From an uncultured Muribaculaceae bacterium (GTDB lineage: Bacteria; Bacteroidota; Bacteroidia; Bacteroidales; Muribaculaceae), in contig CAJTJV010000009.1 of assembly GCA_910576775.1 (NCBI GenBank), forward strand, positions 9,066 through 73,065: a DNA stretch of 64,000 nt. Reading direction: 5' to 3'. Every line of letters starts with the position of its first letter. Within the stretch, counting starts at the first letter, position 1. The translations under genes and the position numbers were made by a program. Below the pieces are notes generated by a model. The model saw only the letters and a program-made list of their open reading frames with translations, had not been told where the DNA came from and ran no database searches. Shown one piece after another: positions 39,954 to 49,879 of this stretch.

Positions 39954-42310
39954 AGAATATTACCCTTCAGCAGATATCTCTATTGTGTGGATCCGATTCC
40001 ACGCTTTATCCTTCATCAAGTCAGACCATAGAAGATGGCTTTTCGATTCTGACAACGGACAGCCGTGCCGTAGATGATGCTGCCCATACTGTTTTTGCGG
40101 CTATGCGTACTCCTGTGGGAGACGGCCATAATTATATCGCCGAACTCGTGTTGAAAGGAGTTAAGGCTTTTATAGTGGAGAGGATACCGGAGGATTACAT
40201 CGGCACCGGTGTGTCGTTTATAGTTGTGAAGAATGTCGGCGAGGCGCTTCGCTCTCTTGTGAAATCTCTGCCGATAGATGCTCGGGGCGGAGTGCTTGTT
40301 ACCGGAAGCGTGGGGAAAACAAAAACCAAAGAGTTGATTTACAGGGCTCTGAATCCGTATGTGTCTGTAGCCCGTAGTCCCCGCAGCTGGAATTCGGCAC
40401 TTGGAGTTACATTGTCGTTGTGGGAATATGCGTTTATGAATCCGAAGCCTGATTATATTGTTACCGAGGCAGGTATAGATGGTCCGGGACAGGGTGCGAG
40501 AGTGGCTGAGCTTGCCGGTGACGTGCATGGAATCGGGGTGATAACGCCTTTGACTGACGAGCATGACGAGGCTTTCAGCTCACACGCTGCGAAAGTGGCG
40601 GAGAAGATTTCTGTAGTGAGCCGTTGTGCTACTATAATTATTTCTGACAGTGACCCGGAACTTGTGCGTCAGGCCAATGTTTTTGCAGCTGAAAATGACA
40701 GAAAAATTATTTGTGTCAGGCATGAAACCGAGGATGAAACAATCCTTTATGCTCTCGCCGCTGCAGCCATTGAGGCTCTTGGCGCACCAGAAGAGGCTTT
40801 GTTGGCGCTCCCGACGTTGGAAACGGCCGATGTACGCCGTCGAATTTCCGCGGGAGTTTTCGGCAATACGGTTGTCAGAGATGCTTTTACTTCAGACCTG
40901 CGTTCGCTTTCCGACAGTATAGATTTCTTTCGACGTCATTGTAGCAATGAGCGTCCCAAAGTGCTTGTTGTCGGTGAAATGACTGATGAATACCGCCTTC
41001 CGGCAGAACGTGTGCGTGATGTTGTGGCCGACCTTGCGCGTCGTGCCGGTATCGATACAGTTGTCTATGCGGCTGATGCAGTGTCTGCGCCATGCGTGGC
41101 AGATGTGGAGAGCGGTAAAGTATGGCGCGATGTTGATGTCCTGATATTTGGAGATGATAAGAGTTCTGCTGCGGCTTATTCCCGTGCGCTTGAAGGTGCT
41201 GATCACGATACCTCTCTCGATGTGGACCTTGATGCTCTTGTACACAATTACAATTATTATCGAAGTCTTCTTCCTGGCGGTACGGGAATTGTTGCCATGG
41301 TAAAGGCTTCGGCCTATGGTATGGGTGCCATAGAGATTGCGAAGACTCTCCAGGATGTCGGTGCGGCATTTCTTGCTGTTGCTGTGATAGAAGAGGGTGT
41401 TCAGCTGCGGGCAGCAGGAATAACTATGCCGATAATGGTGCTCAACCCGATCACTAACCGTTATCCGGCACTTTTTGCCAACAGGCTTGAACCGGCGGTG
41501 TTCTCGCCGGAAGAACTTGACCGGCTTATCGAAGAGGCCGAGGCATACGGAACGGAGAATTATCCGATTCATATAAAACTTGATACCGGAATGCATCGTG
41601 TGGGATTTCTGAAAGAGCAGCTTCCCGGAATTGTAGAGCGACTTGGACGTACCGGATCTGTACGTGTTGCCTCCGTGTTATCGCATCTTGCGACTGCCGA
41701 TTGCCTTGACATGGATGAATATACACTCGGGCAGGTACGCGATTTCCGCGAAATGACGGATTATCTCCGCGAACGGTTGCCGTCCCCTTTCAAACGGCAT
41801 CTTCTCAATACTGCCGGAATGATGCGCTTTGCCGCTTGCTGTGACTATGAAATGGCGCGCCTCGGTATAGGTCTTTATGGTATCAGTCCATACAATGGCC
41901 CTGAACGAGAGAAATTACGTCCCGTTGCATCCCTTAAAACGCATATTATTTCTTTAAAGCACTGGGAGGCCGGAACGCCAATCGGCTATGGATGCAAGGG
42001 TCGCACGGCACGCCCATCGGTGATTGCCACTATTCCGGTGGGGTATGCGGATGGTATCAACCGTCATTTCGGACGGGGCAATGCTTCGTTTGTTGTCAAT
42101 GGGGTAGACTGTCCTACGATTGGCAATATATGCATGGATCAGTGTATGATTGATGTTACGGATGCTACCGATGTCGCCGTGGGCGATAAGGTGGAGATTT
42201 TTGGCCCGAATGCGCCCGTAGAACGACTTGCTGAAATTCTTGATACTATACCATACGAGATTCTAACATCAGTGAGCGAGCGAGCAAGGCGGGTTTATAC
42301 ACGCCGATAG
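39950..42310 (+). CDS. alr: MurF-like / alanine racemase fusion
   Basis: TDSR, TGSVGKT, RSPRSWNS (MurF-like, divergent); MVKASAYG, HIKLDTGMHRVG, GYADG, ICMDQ, TIPYE (Alr). Confidence 0.9.
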   Translation: MKNITLQQISLLCGSDSTLYPSSSQTIEDGFSILTTDSRAVDDAAHTVFAAMRTPVGDGHNYIAELVLKGVKAFIVERIPEDYIGTGVSFIVVKNVGEALRSLVKSLPIDARGGVLVTGSVGKTKTKELIYRALNPYVSVARSPRSWNSALGVTLSLWEYAFMNPKPDYIVTEAGIDGPGQGARVAELAGDVHGIGVITPLTDEHDEAFSSHAAKVAEKISVVSRCATIIISDSDPELVRQANVFAAENDRKIICVRHETEDETILYALAAAAIEALGAPEEALLALPTLETADVRRRISAGVFGNTVVRDAFTSDLRSLSDSIDFFRRHCSNERPKVLVVGEMTDEYRLPAERVRDVVADLARRAGIDTVVYAADAVSAPCVADVESGKVWRDVDVLIFGDDKSSAAAYSRALEGADHDTSLDVDLDALVHNYNYYRSLLPGGTGIVAMVKASAYGMGAIEIAKTLQDVGAAFLAVAVIEEGVQLRAAGITMPIMVLNPITNRYPALFANRLEPAVFSPEELDRLIEEAEAYGTENYPIHIKLDTGMHRVGFLKEQLPGIVERLGRTGSVRVASVLSHLATADCLDMDEYTLGQVRDFREMTDYLRERLPSPFKRHLLNTAGMMRFAACCDYEMARLGIGLYGISPYNGPEREKLRPVASLKTHIISLKHWEAGTPIGYGCKGRTARPSVIATIPVGYADGINRHFGRGNASFVVNGVDCPTIGNICMDQCMIDVTDATDVAVGDKVEIFGPNAPVERLAEILDTIPYEILTSVSERARRVYTRR

Positions 42311-42419
42311 CTGTTGTTATGATGTTTTTCAACAAAATTCGCATTTGTACGCAAAAAAACGATTGGAAAATTTGCTATATAAAAAAAAGTGCGTAACTTT
42401 GCATCGCTTTTGGCAAGAA

Positions 42420-42494
42420 GGGCGTTTAGCTCAGCTGGTTCAGAGCATCTGCCTTACAAGCAGAGGGTCGGGGGTTCGAATCCCTCAACACCCA
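42420..42494 (+). tRNA. tRNA-Val (anticodon TAC)
   Basis: Cloverleaf with D arm GCTC/GAGC, anticodon arm TCTGC-CTTACAA-GCAGA, T loop TTCGAAT; CCA not encoded; TAACTTTG -7 element upstream. Confidence 0.96.
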
Positions 42495-42500
42495 CAACTG

Positions 42501-42528
42501 AAATCTCAAGGAAACTTGAGATTTTTTT
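42501..42528 (+). terminator. Terminator after tRNA-Val
   Basis: AAATCTCAAG-GAAA-CTTGAGATTT followed by a T run. Confidence 0.85.
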
Positions 42529-42540
42529 ATTTATATCTAT

Positions 42541-43044
42541 GTGAGACGAACTTTATTGTTATTGGCGCTTTTAATAGTATTGTCAGCCTCGGCTACCGAC
42601 CCTCGACGGGGATATCGTGGTTTTGTTGATGCTAATGTCGACATGACAATACATAGCGGAGATGATGGCGGAGTGATCGTTTATACCGGCATCTCTACCT
42701 CACATGGCTTTCAGTTTAATTCTCATTATTATCTCGGAGCCGGAATCGGATGGGAACTGGTGGTTGATGACGGTTGGCTTTCGTCTTATCAGCATCCTTA
42801 TTATCTCCATGGTCGTACAGACTGGACGTTCGGCCATTTCCCGCTATATGGCGATATACGTGTCGGTGGAGTTCTCTGGGGTGAACACCGGTTTTTTCTT
42901 TCTCCGACTATAGGTTATCGTTTGAATTGGGGTCGGAAGGCCAATCTCAATCTCGGTCTGGGTATGACATTCCGTGGTTATGGATGGTCAGACGAAAAGA
43001 CTCTGCATCCGCAGCTTTCTGTACGGATTGGTGTGGATTTCTGA
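42541..43044 (+). CDS. Small outer-membrane beta-barrel protein
   Basis: GTG start, signal peptide, YRGFVD, STSHGFQF and C-terminal GVDF; same family pattern as 5800..6474. Confidence 0.7.
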   Translation: MRRTLLLLALLIVLSASATDPRRGYRGFVDANVDMTIHSGDDGGVIVYTGISTSHGFQFNSHYYLGAGIGWELVVDDGWLSSYQHPYYLHGRTDWTFGHFPLYGDIRVGGVLWGEHRFFLSPTIGYRLNWGRKANLNLGLGMTFRGYGWSDEKTLHPQLSVRIGVDF

Positions 43045-43066
43045 TGCGTCCTGATTGCATACGGTA

Positions 43067-43320
43067 TCACATGGCATTTAATCTTTGCAGAAGCTCACCG
43101 ATGGTAATCGCGCCATCCAGAGGTTTTGTCTCGAACACCATGTAGTAGCGGAAATTTTCGCCGGCTTTGTTCGCCCATGTTGTGTCCGACGGGACAAACC
43201 ATACCACAACCTTGGGCTTACCGTCGGGAGGTGTTTGAATATCGTTTTTAGTGCATTGCCGGCTATAAAGGTTTTGCCTCCGGCGGTAGGAACTTTGACG
43301 GTAACATGCGGTATATTTGT
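43067..43320 (-). pseudogene. Remnants of a type III restriction (Res) helicase-nuclease
   Basis: An unlisted frame reads PHVTVKVPTAGGKTFIAGNALKTIF (Walker A), shifts frame into DGKPKVVVWFVPSDT and then jumps to a Res-like C-terminus WANKAGENFRYYMVF. Confidence 0.7.
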
Positions 43321-43982
43321 AACTTACCGGTATGCGGATATTTAAGATTGGATTCCAGCTCTTCAAGAGGAAAAGAGTCATTATCCTTTTTGTTTTTGGC
43401 ATAAAACAGTATGGGTTCTACTTTGTGTTGCAATTTGAATCGGGCACTTCCGGAGTTTATAGGTTGCGTCGTCGATTCCCATGTCAGTTCGCCTATAAAA
43501 TTATTCGAACCGAATATCTCGTCGCACAATAGCCTTAAATGGGCGCTTTCATGTATGAAATTTATAGAGATAAAGATATACCCGTCTTTTGCCAGAAGTC
43601 TATGTAGCAGTTTTAGTCGCGGATACATCATACAAAGCCATTTGTCGTGGCGGCTCAGATCCTCATATTGAGGACCTACTACTTTTCCAAACCATTTTCT
43701 GATTTTAGGATCGTTTACGTTGTCGTTGTAAATCCATTTTTCGTTGCCGGTGTTATATTGAGGATCTATATAGATGCATTTTACCTTACCTTCGTATTCG
43801 GGCAGCAGCGATTTCAATGCTTCCAGATTGTCGCCGTGTATGATTCTGTTGCCGCTACCTGTGGGCTTTCGGTCTCGTTCGTCTTCGGTATTAAAGCCAT
43901 ACCTGTGTTCCAATACCCGGTATGTCACGTCGTGATGATGATTGACAACTTTATCTTTTCCTATCCAAGTCAGTATTGGCAT
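43263..43982 (-). pseudogene. Truncated type III RM DNA methyltransferase (Mod)
   Basis: LTWIGK, IIHGDNLEALK, CIYIDPQYNTG (motif IV, normally DPPY), HDKWLCMMYPRL; ends before the SAM-binding motif I. Confidence 0.8.
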
Positions 43983-44172
43983 AGATATAATATCAATTCT
44001 TATTTATGCTGTTTCCTATATTTTTCGATAAAGGTATGAAAAAATCTGTCAGGGTAAAAGACTTTGCTAAATAATTATTCTAAGTACTGCGCTGATTTAT
44101 TTCATGATTGGCTTGTATAACCTCAATAAATGTTATGTGCCGTGTATGAAATTCAAATTTCTTATGGATAGA

Positions 44173-44210
44173 GAAAAGGGGCGGAACCGAAATTTCCGGT
44201 GCGCCCCTTC
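44173..44210 (-). terminator. Terminator of the T9SS cargo operon
   Basis: AAGGGGCG/CGCCCCTT stem followed by a T run on the minus strand. Confidence 0.65.
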
Positions 44211-44229
44211 TGTACTGATTGTATGTTTT

Positions 44230-45360
44230 TTATTTAATATATATCTTTTCTGATTCAGGAGAATCGTTCTTGTAGTAGGTCCGTTTTATTATGATAGAAC
44301 CGGATTCCGGTTCATTTATTCGTTGTCCCAATAGATTGTAATATTCAATACCGGTTATTTCTTTTGAATTGCCGGAATCCTTTACAGATTCAACTCCGGC
44401 CTGTTCGGGAATCGAGAACGTTACTTTTACAGATTTTACGAATTCAAAGTATCTTCTGTCTGTATCGATAGTTACATAACCGTTCTTTTCAGAACCGGTC
44501 CATATTGCCATCGGTTCAAGTTCAAGAAGCCCTATATTCATATTTACAGAGCCTCCTACGACACCTTCCGAACGTTCTCCCGCCAGAGTGACGTCTGTCG
44601 GTTTGTTCTGTATGGCATCGAAGATACATCCGGCAAGAACTTTGTAGATACCATCATTGGTCTGGCCGATTACGGACGGATTGAAAAGTGTTTTACCATC
44701 TGAGGTGAAGGTTCCGCCCATATTGCAACCATATCCGTACTGATCCTTTTGCAGAAGGTTGTAAACTGTAATCTTATTCTGTACAATCCCTATATAGGAA
44801 GGACGTTCTTCAATGTACATTTCTTGTTCGGAGCCCCATCCGACGTATGACACATTTGAGGTCCTGGCATTTGCTCTCCGTATGACAGTGCCATTAGAGA
44901 AATAATACGGAGAAAGCTCTCCGCCTTCGATACCCGACATCATCACGATGGAAGATGATACTTTCCAGCTGCCGTCTTCCTGAAATGTGAATTTTATATC
45001 TGTATTCCGGATTTCCTCTTTTTCATCATCCCAAAGGTACAGGTACTGTTCGAAGCCGGAGTCTCCACCGAGGATTTTTGTGCCGGCCGGAATGGAGACG
45101 GTTCCTGTCGCGTTATCGTATCCGGCAATGAAATCTTCGGATTCACTGATGTAGAAGCCGGATATTTTAAGCCCGTCGCGGTCGGTGTCAATTCTCATTG
45201 CTTTCATGTCGGAAAGGAATGTCTGGCCGCTATATTCTTTATAGTTCATTATAATGTAGTCGCCTTCCATTTCAGCGAAGGTCGGAATCGGTTGGGCATC
45301 CTGTGCTGAAGCAATTCCGCAAGAGAGAAGAAGACTGCAAGATATCAGGTATTTAAGCAT
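44230..45360 (-). CDS. Secreted hypothetical protein with T9SS-type C-terminal domain
   Basis: Signal peptide ASA; C-terminal IEYYNLLGQRI...EKIYIK. Confidence 0.7.
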   Translation of the reverse strand: MLKYLISCSLLLSCGIASAQDAQPIPTFAEMEGDYIIMNYKEYSGQTFLSDMKAMRIDTDRDGLKISGFYISESEDFIAGYDNATGTVSIPAGTKILGGDSGFEQYLYLWDDEKEEIRNTDIKFTFQEDGSWKVSSSIVMMSGIEGGELSPYYFSNGTVIRRANARTSNVSYVGWGSEQEMYIEERPSYIGIVQNKITVYNLLQKDQYGYGCNMGGTFTSDGKTLFNPSVIGQTNDGIYKVLAGCIFDAIQNKPTDVTLAGERSEGVVGGSVNMNIGLLELEPMAIWTGSEKNGYVTIDTDRRYFEFVKSVKVTFSIPEQAGVESVKDSGNSKEITGIEYYNLLGQRINEPESGSIIIKRTYYKNDSPESEKIYIK

Positions 45361-45373
45361 ATAATATCGAATG

Positions 45374-47563
45374 TTATTTTCTTACTGTTATTTTTTTAAT
45401 TATAGTGTCGTTGCCGCATATAAGCTTTGCGATATAAAGGCCGGGCGGCAGTATGCTTGCGTCGACGGTATATTCCACACCGCTTTTAATGCCGGTCAGC
45501 TTTTCGTTCAGTATTTCCATCCCTGACAAAGAATACAAGTACATTCTGGCTTCTTTTCTGTCAGTTCCTGAAATCACTGAAATGGTTCTTCCGGAATGCC
45601 ACAGTGCCATTTGTGATGTTTCTTTCATGGGGGATGAAATCCCGGATAGTCTAATGGTTTCTTTCAATCCGGCCCAGGCGTCGATTTTACCATGTCCCCA
45701 GGTATTGTTTCCTTCTGCAGAAAGTTCTCCGGTGTATTTATCGTTTATAGCGGTTTTCCTGATTATCTCTGAGGCTTCTTCAGGTGTCAAATCAGGTTTC
45801 GCCTGGAGCCAGCAAGCGAGTGATCCGGCGACAAGAGGTGCGGCCATGGAACTGCCTTGCATGAAGCCGAAAGGATATTTTGTGCCGTTCCATGTTATAG
45901 ATACGGCTTTTGCCACTTGGCCCGTATATACCGAAGACATTGAGGATACTATATACGAACCTGGAGCTGAAATGTCAGGTTTGACACGGCCGTCGGCTGT
46001 AGGGCCTCTGCTTGAGAATGATGCAATGTGACCGGTTTCTTCTCCCGATGGATAATAAATACCGAAACGGGTGTAATGGTCGCGTGTCACATGTGCGCCT
46101 ACGGATATTATGCGTTTCCCGGTTCCTCCAAGCTCTCCCATGGAACAGTTATAATCACCGTCCGAGAAATTCTGACATTCGAAATTGCTAAGTCCGGAGT
46201 AGTAATCGTCGGTCCACATATGCACAGAGCCTTTTTGCTTAGAGGCAATATAGAAACCTATGCGGTAGTCGTCGGATTTAAAGAAATTGAACACTGCCAT
46301 GGCATGGCCTTTACCATTGTCGGGATTTATTTCAGAGATAATCCGTATGCTGCCTGCAAGGTTGTCTTCCGCGAGTGTGAAAGCATACTCCCCGGTATTC
46401 TGCCTGTCGTTGCCTATCGTTATCGGTTCGTATGTCTTGTCGACTTTCTCTCCTTTAATATTATAGATAAAAGGAATGAATTCGTAAGTCATGCCTTTGT
46501 CTCCCCACATTTCTACCATGGAGTACTCAGAGTAGATATACTTGAAATCCACGAATGTCCCGATGCGTTGTGTTTCCGAGTTTGTGAAATTTTCGAAGCA
46601 CGCTTCGAGATGGAATTTGTGCTGTCCTTCGTTTCCGACGGAACCTACCAGTAATTTCCCCGGACCTTGTAAGGCGTCTGCCATACGGTCGAAAGCTGAT
46701 GTGCCGTCGTGTGGTCCGATATGGCTACCGAGGCTAAGATTGATAACACAGGGTTTGCCTACCGATTCGGCATAGTCATAGATATATTTTATACCGTCGA
46801 TAACAGTAGTGTTGTCTCCATATACCATTTCTTCCGAATTGAGAGAGACAAGCACGATCTCGGCGTCTCCGGCCACTCCGGCATAGTTATGTCCGCCGGT
46901 GTTGTCTGCCCCGGCGGCTATGCCGAGTACGTGCGTGCCGTGATAAGAAGCATCGCTATCATACGCGGCAGAGAGAATTTCCTGTTCTGTACGGTATTCG
47001 GCTCCGTACGAGAAATTTTCCGGACTTGTTCCTGATTTGTTCTGATCCCATACGCGTTTTATACGCAAATGCTTTTTGTCCGTGTCATAGAAATTCGGGT
47101 GGCCATATTCGAACCCGTTGTCGATTATGCCTATTACGACGCCATTCCCACGGAAAGGCGTCGGTAGCCCTTCTCCGGCATGTATACGGGATATTCCAGC
47201 ATCGGTTTTAGCTTCGTCAAGACGGATGTATGCCGGAGATGCTTTTTCTATGTAACTGACACAATCGAGAGCGGATACGTCATCTAATCTTTCCAATGGG
47301 ATGCGTGCAGTTGCAACGCCGCCGGCAATAGTGCCTATCTCCGCTCCGGCGTCTTTAAGGATTGCGATGTCATAGCCATCCTTCAGATATAGAAAGACGG
47401 ACACTATGCGATTGTTGCCGGTCTGGCTGCCTGAAACTTTTTTATGTGTTTCCGTTACCTCCGTCGCGCCATCAAGATACAGTTGCATATATGGGGATAG
47501 TTCCGCCTGACCGAAAATGCTGAAGGAGGCGAGTAGAATGCAGGGGAATATAAATTTTTTCAT
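45374..47563 (-). CDS. S8 (subtilisin-family) serine peptidase, T9SS cargo
   Basis: Triad motifs IGIIDNG, HGTHVLGIAAG, QGSSMAAP; FSSRGPTADGRVKPDISAPG; CTD LYSLSG..LPPGLYIAK..KKITV. Confidence 0.9.
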   Translation of the reverse strand: MKKFIFPCILLASFSIFGQAELSPYMQLYLDGATEVTETHKKVSGSQTGNNRIVSVFLYLKDGYDIAILKDAGAEIGTIAGGVATARIPLERLDDVSALDCVSYIEKASPAYIRLDEAKTDAGISRIHAGEGLPTPFRGNGVVIGIIDNGFEYGHPNFYDTDKKHLRIKRVWDQNKSGTSPENFSYGAEYRTEQEILSAAYDSDASYHGTHVLGIAAGADNTGGHNYAGVAGDAEIVLVSLNSEEMVYGDNTTVIDGIKYIYDYAESVGKPCVINLSLGSHIGPHDGTSAFDRMADALQGPGKLLVGSVGNEGQHKFHLEACFENFTNSETQRIGTFVDFKYIYSEYSMVEMWGDKGMTYEFIPFIYNIKGEKVDKTYEPITIGNDRQNTGEYAFTLAEDNLAGSIRIISEINPDNGKGHAMAVFNFFKSDDYRIGFYIASKQKGSVHMWTDDYYSGLSNFECQNFSDGDYNCSMGELGGTGKRIISVGAHVTRDHYTRFGIYYPSGEETGHIASFSSRGPTADGRVKPDISAPGSYIVSSMSSVYTGQVAKAVSITWNGTKYPFGFMQGSSMAAPLVAGSLACWLQAKPDLTPEEASEIIRKTAINDKYTGELSAEGNNTWGHGKIDAWAGLKETIRLSGISSPMKETSQMALWHSGRTISVISGTDRKEARMYLYSLSGMEILNEKLTGIKSGVEYTVDASILPPGLYIAKLICGNDTIIKKITVRK

Positions 47564-47574
47564 ATTACTGTCTT

Positions 47575-49797
47575 TTAGAATACGGCGATTTTGTTCACCC
47601 GTTTTCCGGTCTTTACCATATATATTCCGGATTGCACGTTTATTTCTGCTGTCTGTGACGCTGTACAGGATATAAGTCTGCCGTTGATATCGTATATAAA
47701 TACTGTATTGCCGGTAGGATTGGTGACGTAGATAATGCCTTTGCCGGCTTTAATCGCTACCGGATCTTCACCGTTAATCTCAGCGCCAGCTGAACTGTTT
47801 TCTTTTTCCGCTACTTTTATGTCGAATATGAACAGGAATTCGTGATATCTTTCGGTATTGGCGTGGAAGCTATAGTAATATACTCCATCTTTATCTACTG
47901 AGAATGGTACCTCATATTGGGTGACGGGGTGGTCTTCATCGACCGATGGTACTGCGGGTATGTCGAGCAGCAGCCGGTGTTGCCCTTCCGGCGTTTTTGC
48001 GTCACCAAATCTTACCTCCATGGACTCGAGATATGTGTTGAGTGATGAATAGGCTTTGAATTTCAGCACATACTCTTTGCCTGCCTTGTAATTCACGGGA
48101 GGTGAAATAAGCCAGTCATCGGCATCGTTGTACATACTGTAGTCGTAATACGCGCTTGCTGTATTTTTGTCATAGTTCCAGGTACATCTGTCCTTGTTTA
48201 TGTCAAGAATTGTATAGTAGTTGTACATATCCGCCACCTGTTTGAATATGCCTCCGTATGGAGGATCGAGAGGGGTACCGACGATAATATTGTTGGAGAA
48301 TGCACTTTTACCTTCGCGTGTTCCGTCTACAGGTACTACTGCATAAGTGTAACGAGTCATGTCGGATGGATGTGATTCTTTAAATATCCGTTTTCCCACG
48401 CCTTCCGCGACAGGAATCTCGTAAGGCCAACGGATAATATTGTATGTCAGTCCTTCGGAGTTTATAGGGGCACCATGCATTCCGTTGACGGGAGCATCCC
48501 ATGTAAGTGTTGTTTCCAAACCGTCGGCTGTAAGGACTATGTTGCTGCAAGCGTCCGGTACGTCGTATCCTACATAGAAAGAGCGTTTCACAGCCGGGCC
48601 GGAACCGGCCGCATTTTCTACTCGGACGGTTACATTATGCATGTCATTGGATAGAGTCAGAACATCGCTCAGGTATTCGCTTCCCGGTTTTGCCTGTCCT
48701 CGAAGCAGTTCTATGCCGTCTTCTTCCACAATTACAGTGAGATTCTCGTCGTTAAGTTGTTGTCCGTTATAACTCGTAGAAGGCAGTGTGATTCTGAATT
48801 TCACATCTGTGGCGCCTACGGCTTCCGGTTCGCAGCCGAATGTGGAAATTATTGCAGGAGTACCGTCCTCCGGTTCCTTCAGAAAGGCTCCGCTGATATG
48901 ATATAGCTTGTCGATATATGCCACCAGTGTGGCCTGGGCATTGACAGGATTTATTTCAAGGATAGCCGTATATTCCCCGTCGAGAGATACGCTCGAGCTA
49001 CCCAATATCCAGTAGAGTCTGTTTCTGGAATTGTCGAAAAACAGAGTCTGCTTGTATTTCATATTTACGAGTCTGTCGCCGGGAAGCAGGTTTTTGGCCT
49101 TGATCTCCCCTATGACAGCTACTTTTCCCGACGATTTCTGAATTTTAGCGAGATAGTGATGCTGGTCGCCTGTGATAGGGTCTTCTTTCAGATAAAGGCA
49201 GTACAATACACCTTTGCGGTTACACGCGACACTGTAGAATTTCACTTTGGGGTCAAGTTTTTCTCCTATACGTTTCATATTCCCTGTTTCGGGGTCTATC
49301 TCGACGAAGAATGTTTCGGTATAAGTGAAATTCAGTCCATATATTTTGTCGGTTATCGGGTCGTATGCCAGCGAACGGGTGGTACATTCGCAATTATCAG
49401 GAAGTTCTGTCTCAGACAGGATTTCGAACGTATTGGCGTCGTAGACGGCCCATCTGGGTTTTGCCATCTGAGCATAGCCGTTGTCCTCGAATATATTGGC
49501 ATATACTTTGCCTTTATGGTATGCACAACCGCCGGAAATGTTGTCTTTTACAGCGGGTTCAGATATTGTCGGGCGGTATTTGTTGTTGGCGTCGAAGCGG
49601 TAAAGTGCCGGGGGTAATGTAGTGTATTCGTCTATAAGTCCATGGTTTATTGCGCCGTACATTTCCACACCTTCCATCCCTAACAGGGAAAAATACTCTT
49701 GTGTATACGCACATGGTGTTAAGACTGAGGCAATTGTAAGCAGCATGCCAATCGCCAGATTTCTTGTTTTATTGATGATATATCCTTGTTTGTACAT
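47575..49797 (-). CDS. T9SS cargo with beta-propeller, FN3-like and cleaved-adhesin-like domains
   Basis: LAYDPITDKIYG propeller repeats; LTWDAP FN3; ADDWLISP adhesin; CTD IYDINGRLI..GIYMVK..KIAV; start uncertain. Confidence 0.75.
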   Translation of the reverse strand: MYKQGYIINKTRNLAIGMLLTIASVLTPCAYTQEYFSLLGMEGVEMYGAINHGLIDEYTTLPPALYRFDANNKYRPTISEPAVKDNISGGCAYHKGKVYANIFEDNGYAQMAKPRWAVYDANTFEILSETELPDNCECTTRSLAYDPITDKIYGLNFTYTETFFVEIDPETGNMKRIGEKLDPKVKFYSVACNRKGVLYCLYLKEDPITGDQHHYLAKIQKSSGKVAVIGEIKAKNLLPGDRLVNMKYKQTLFFDNSRNRLYWILGSSSVSLDGEYTAILEINPVNAQATLVAYIDKLYHISGAFLKEPEDGTPAIISTFGCEPEAVGATDVKFRITLPSTSYNGQQLNDENLTVIVEEDGIELLRGQAKPGSEYLSDVLTLSNDMHNVTVRVENAAGSGPAVKRSFYVGYDVPDACSNIVLTADGLETTLTWDAPVNGMHGAPINSEGLTYNIIRWPYEIPVAEGVGKRIFKESHPSDMTRYTYAVVPVDGTREGKSAFSNNIIVGTPLDPPYGGIFKQVADMYNYYTILDINKDRCTWNYDKNTASAYYDYSMYNDADDWLISPPVNYKAGKEYVLKFKAYSSLNTYLESMEVRFGDAKTPEGQHRLLLDIPAVPSVDEDHPVTQYEVPFSVDKDGVYYYSFHANTERYHEFLFIFDIKVAEKENSSAGAEINGEDPVAIKAGKGIIYVTNPTGNTVFIYDINGRLISCTASQTAEINVQSGIYMVKTGKRVNKIAVF

Positions 49798-49879
49798 AAA
49801 ATTTCTATAATAGTTCAAGGTGACTTAAATCCATAGACCGGAAAGGAGCCGGCCTATGGACAGTGTCTGTGTGTTGATT

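Noticed and set aside
39950..42310. MurF-Alr fusion as a novelty
   Set aside because: This fusion is a known, common feature of Bacteroidetes
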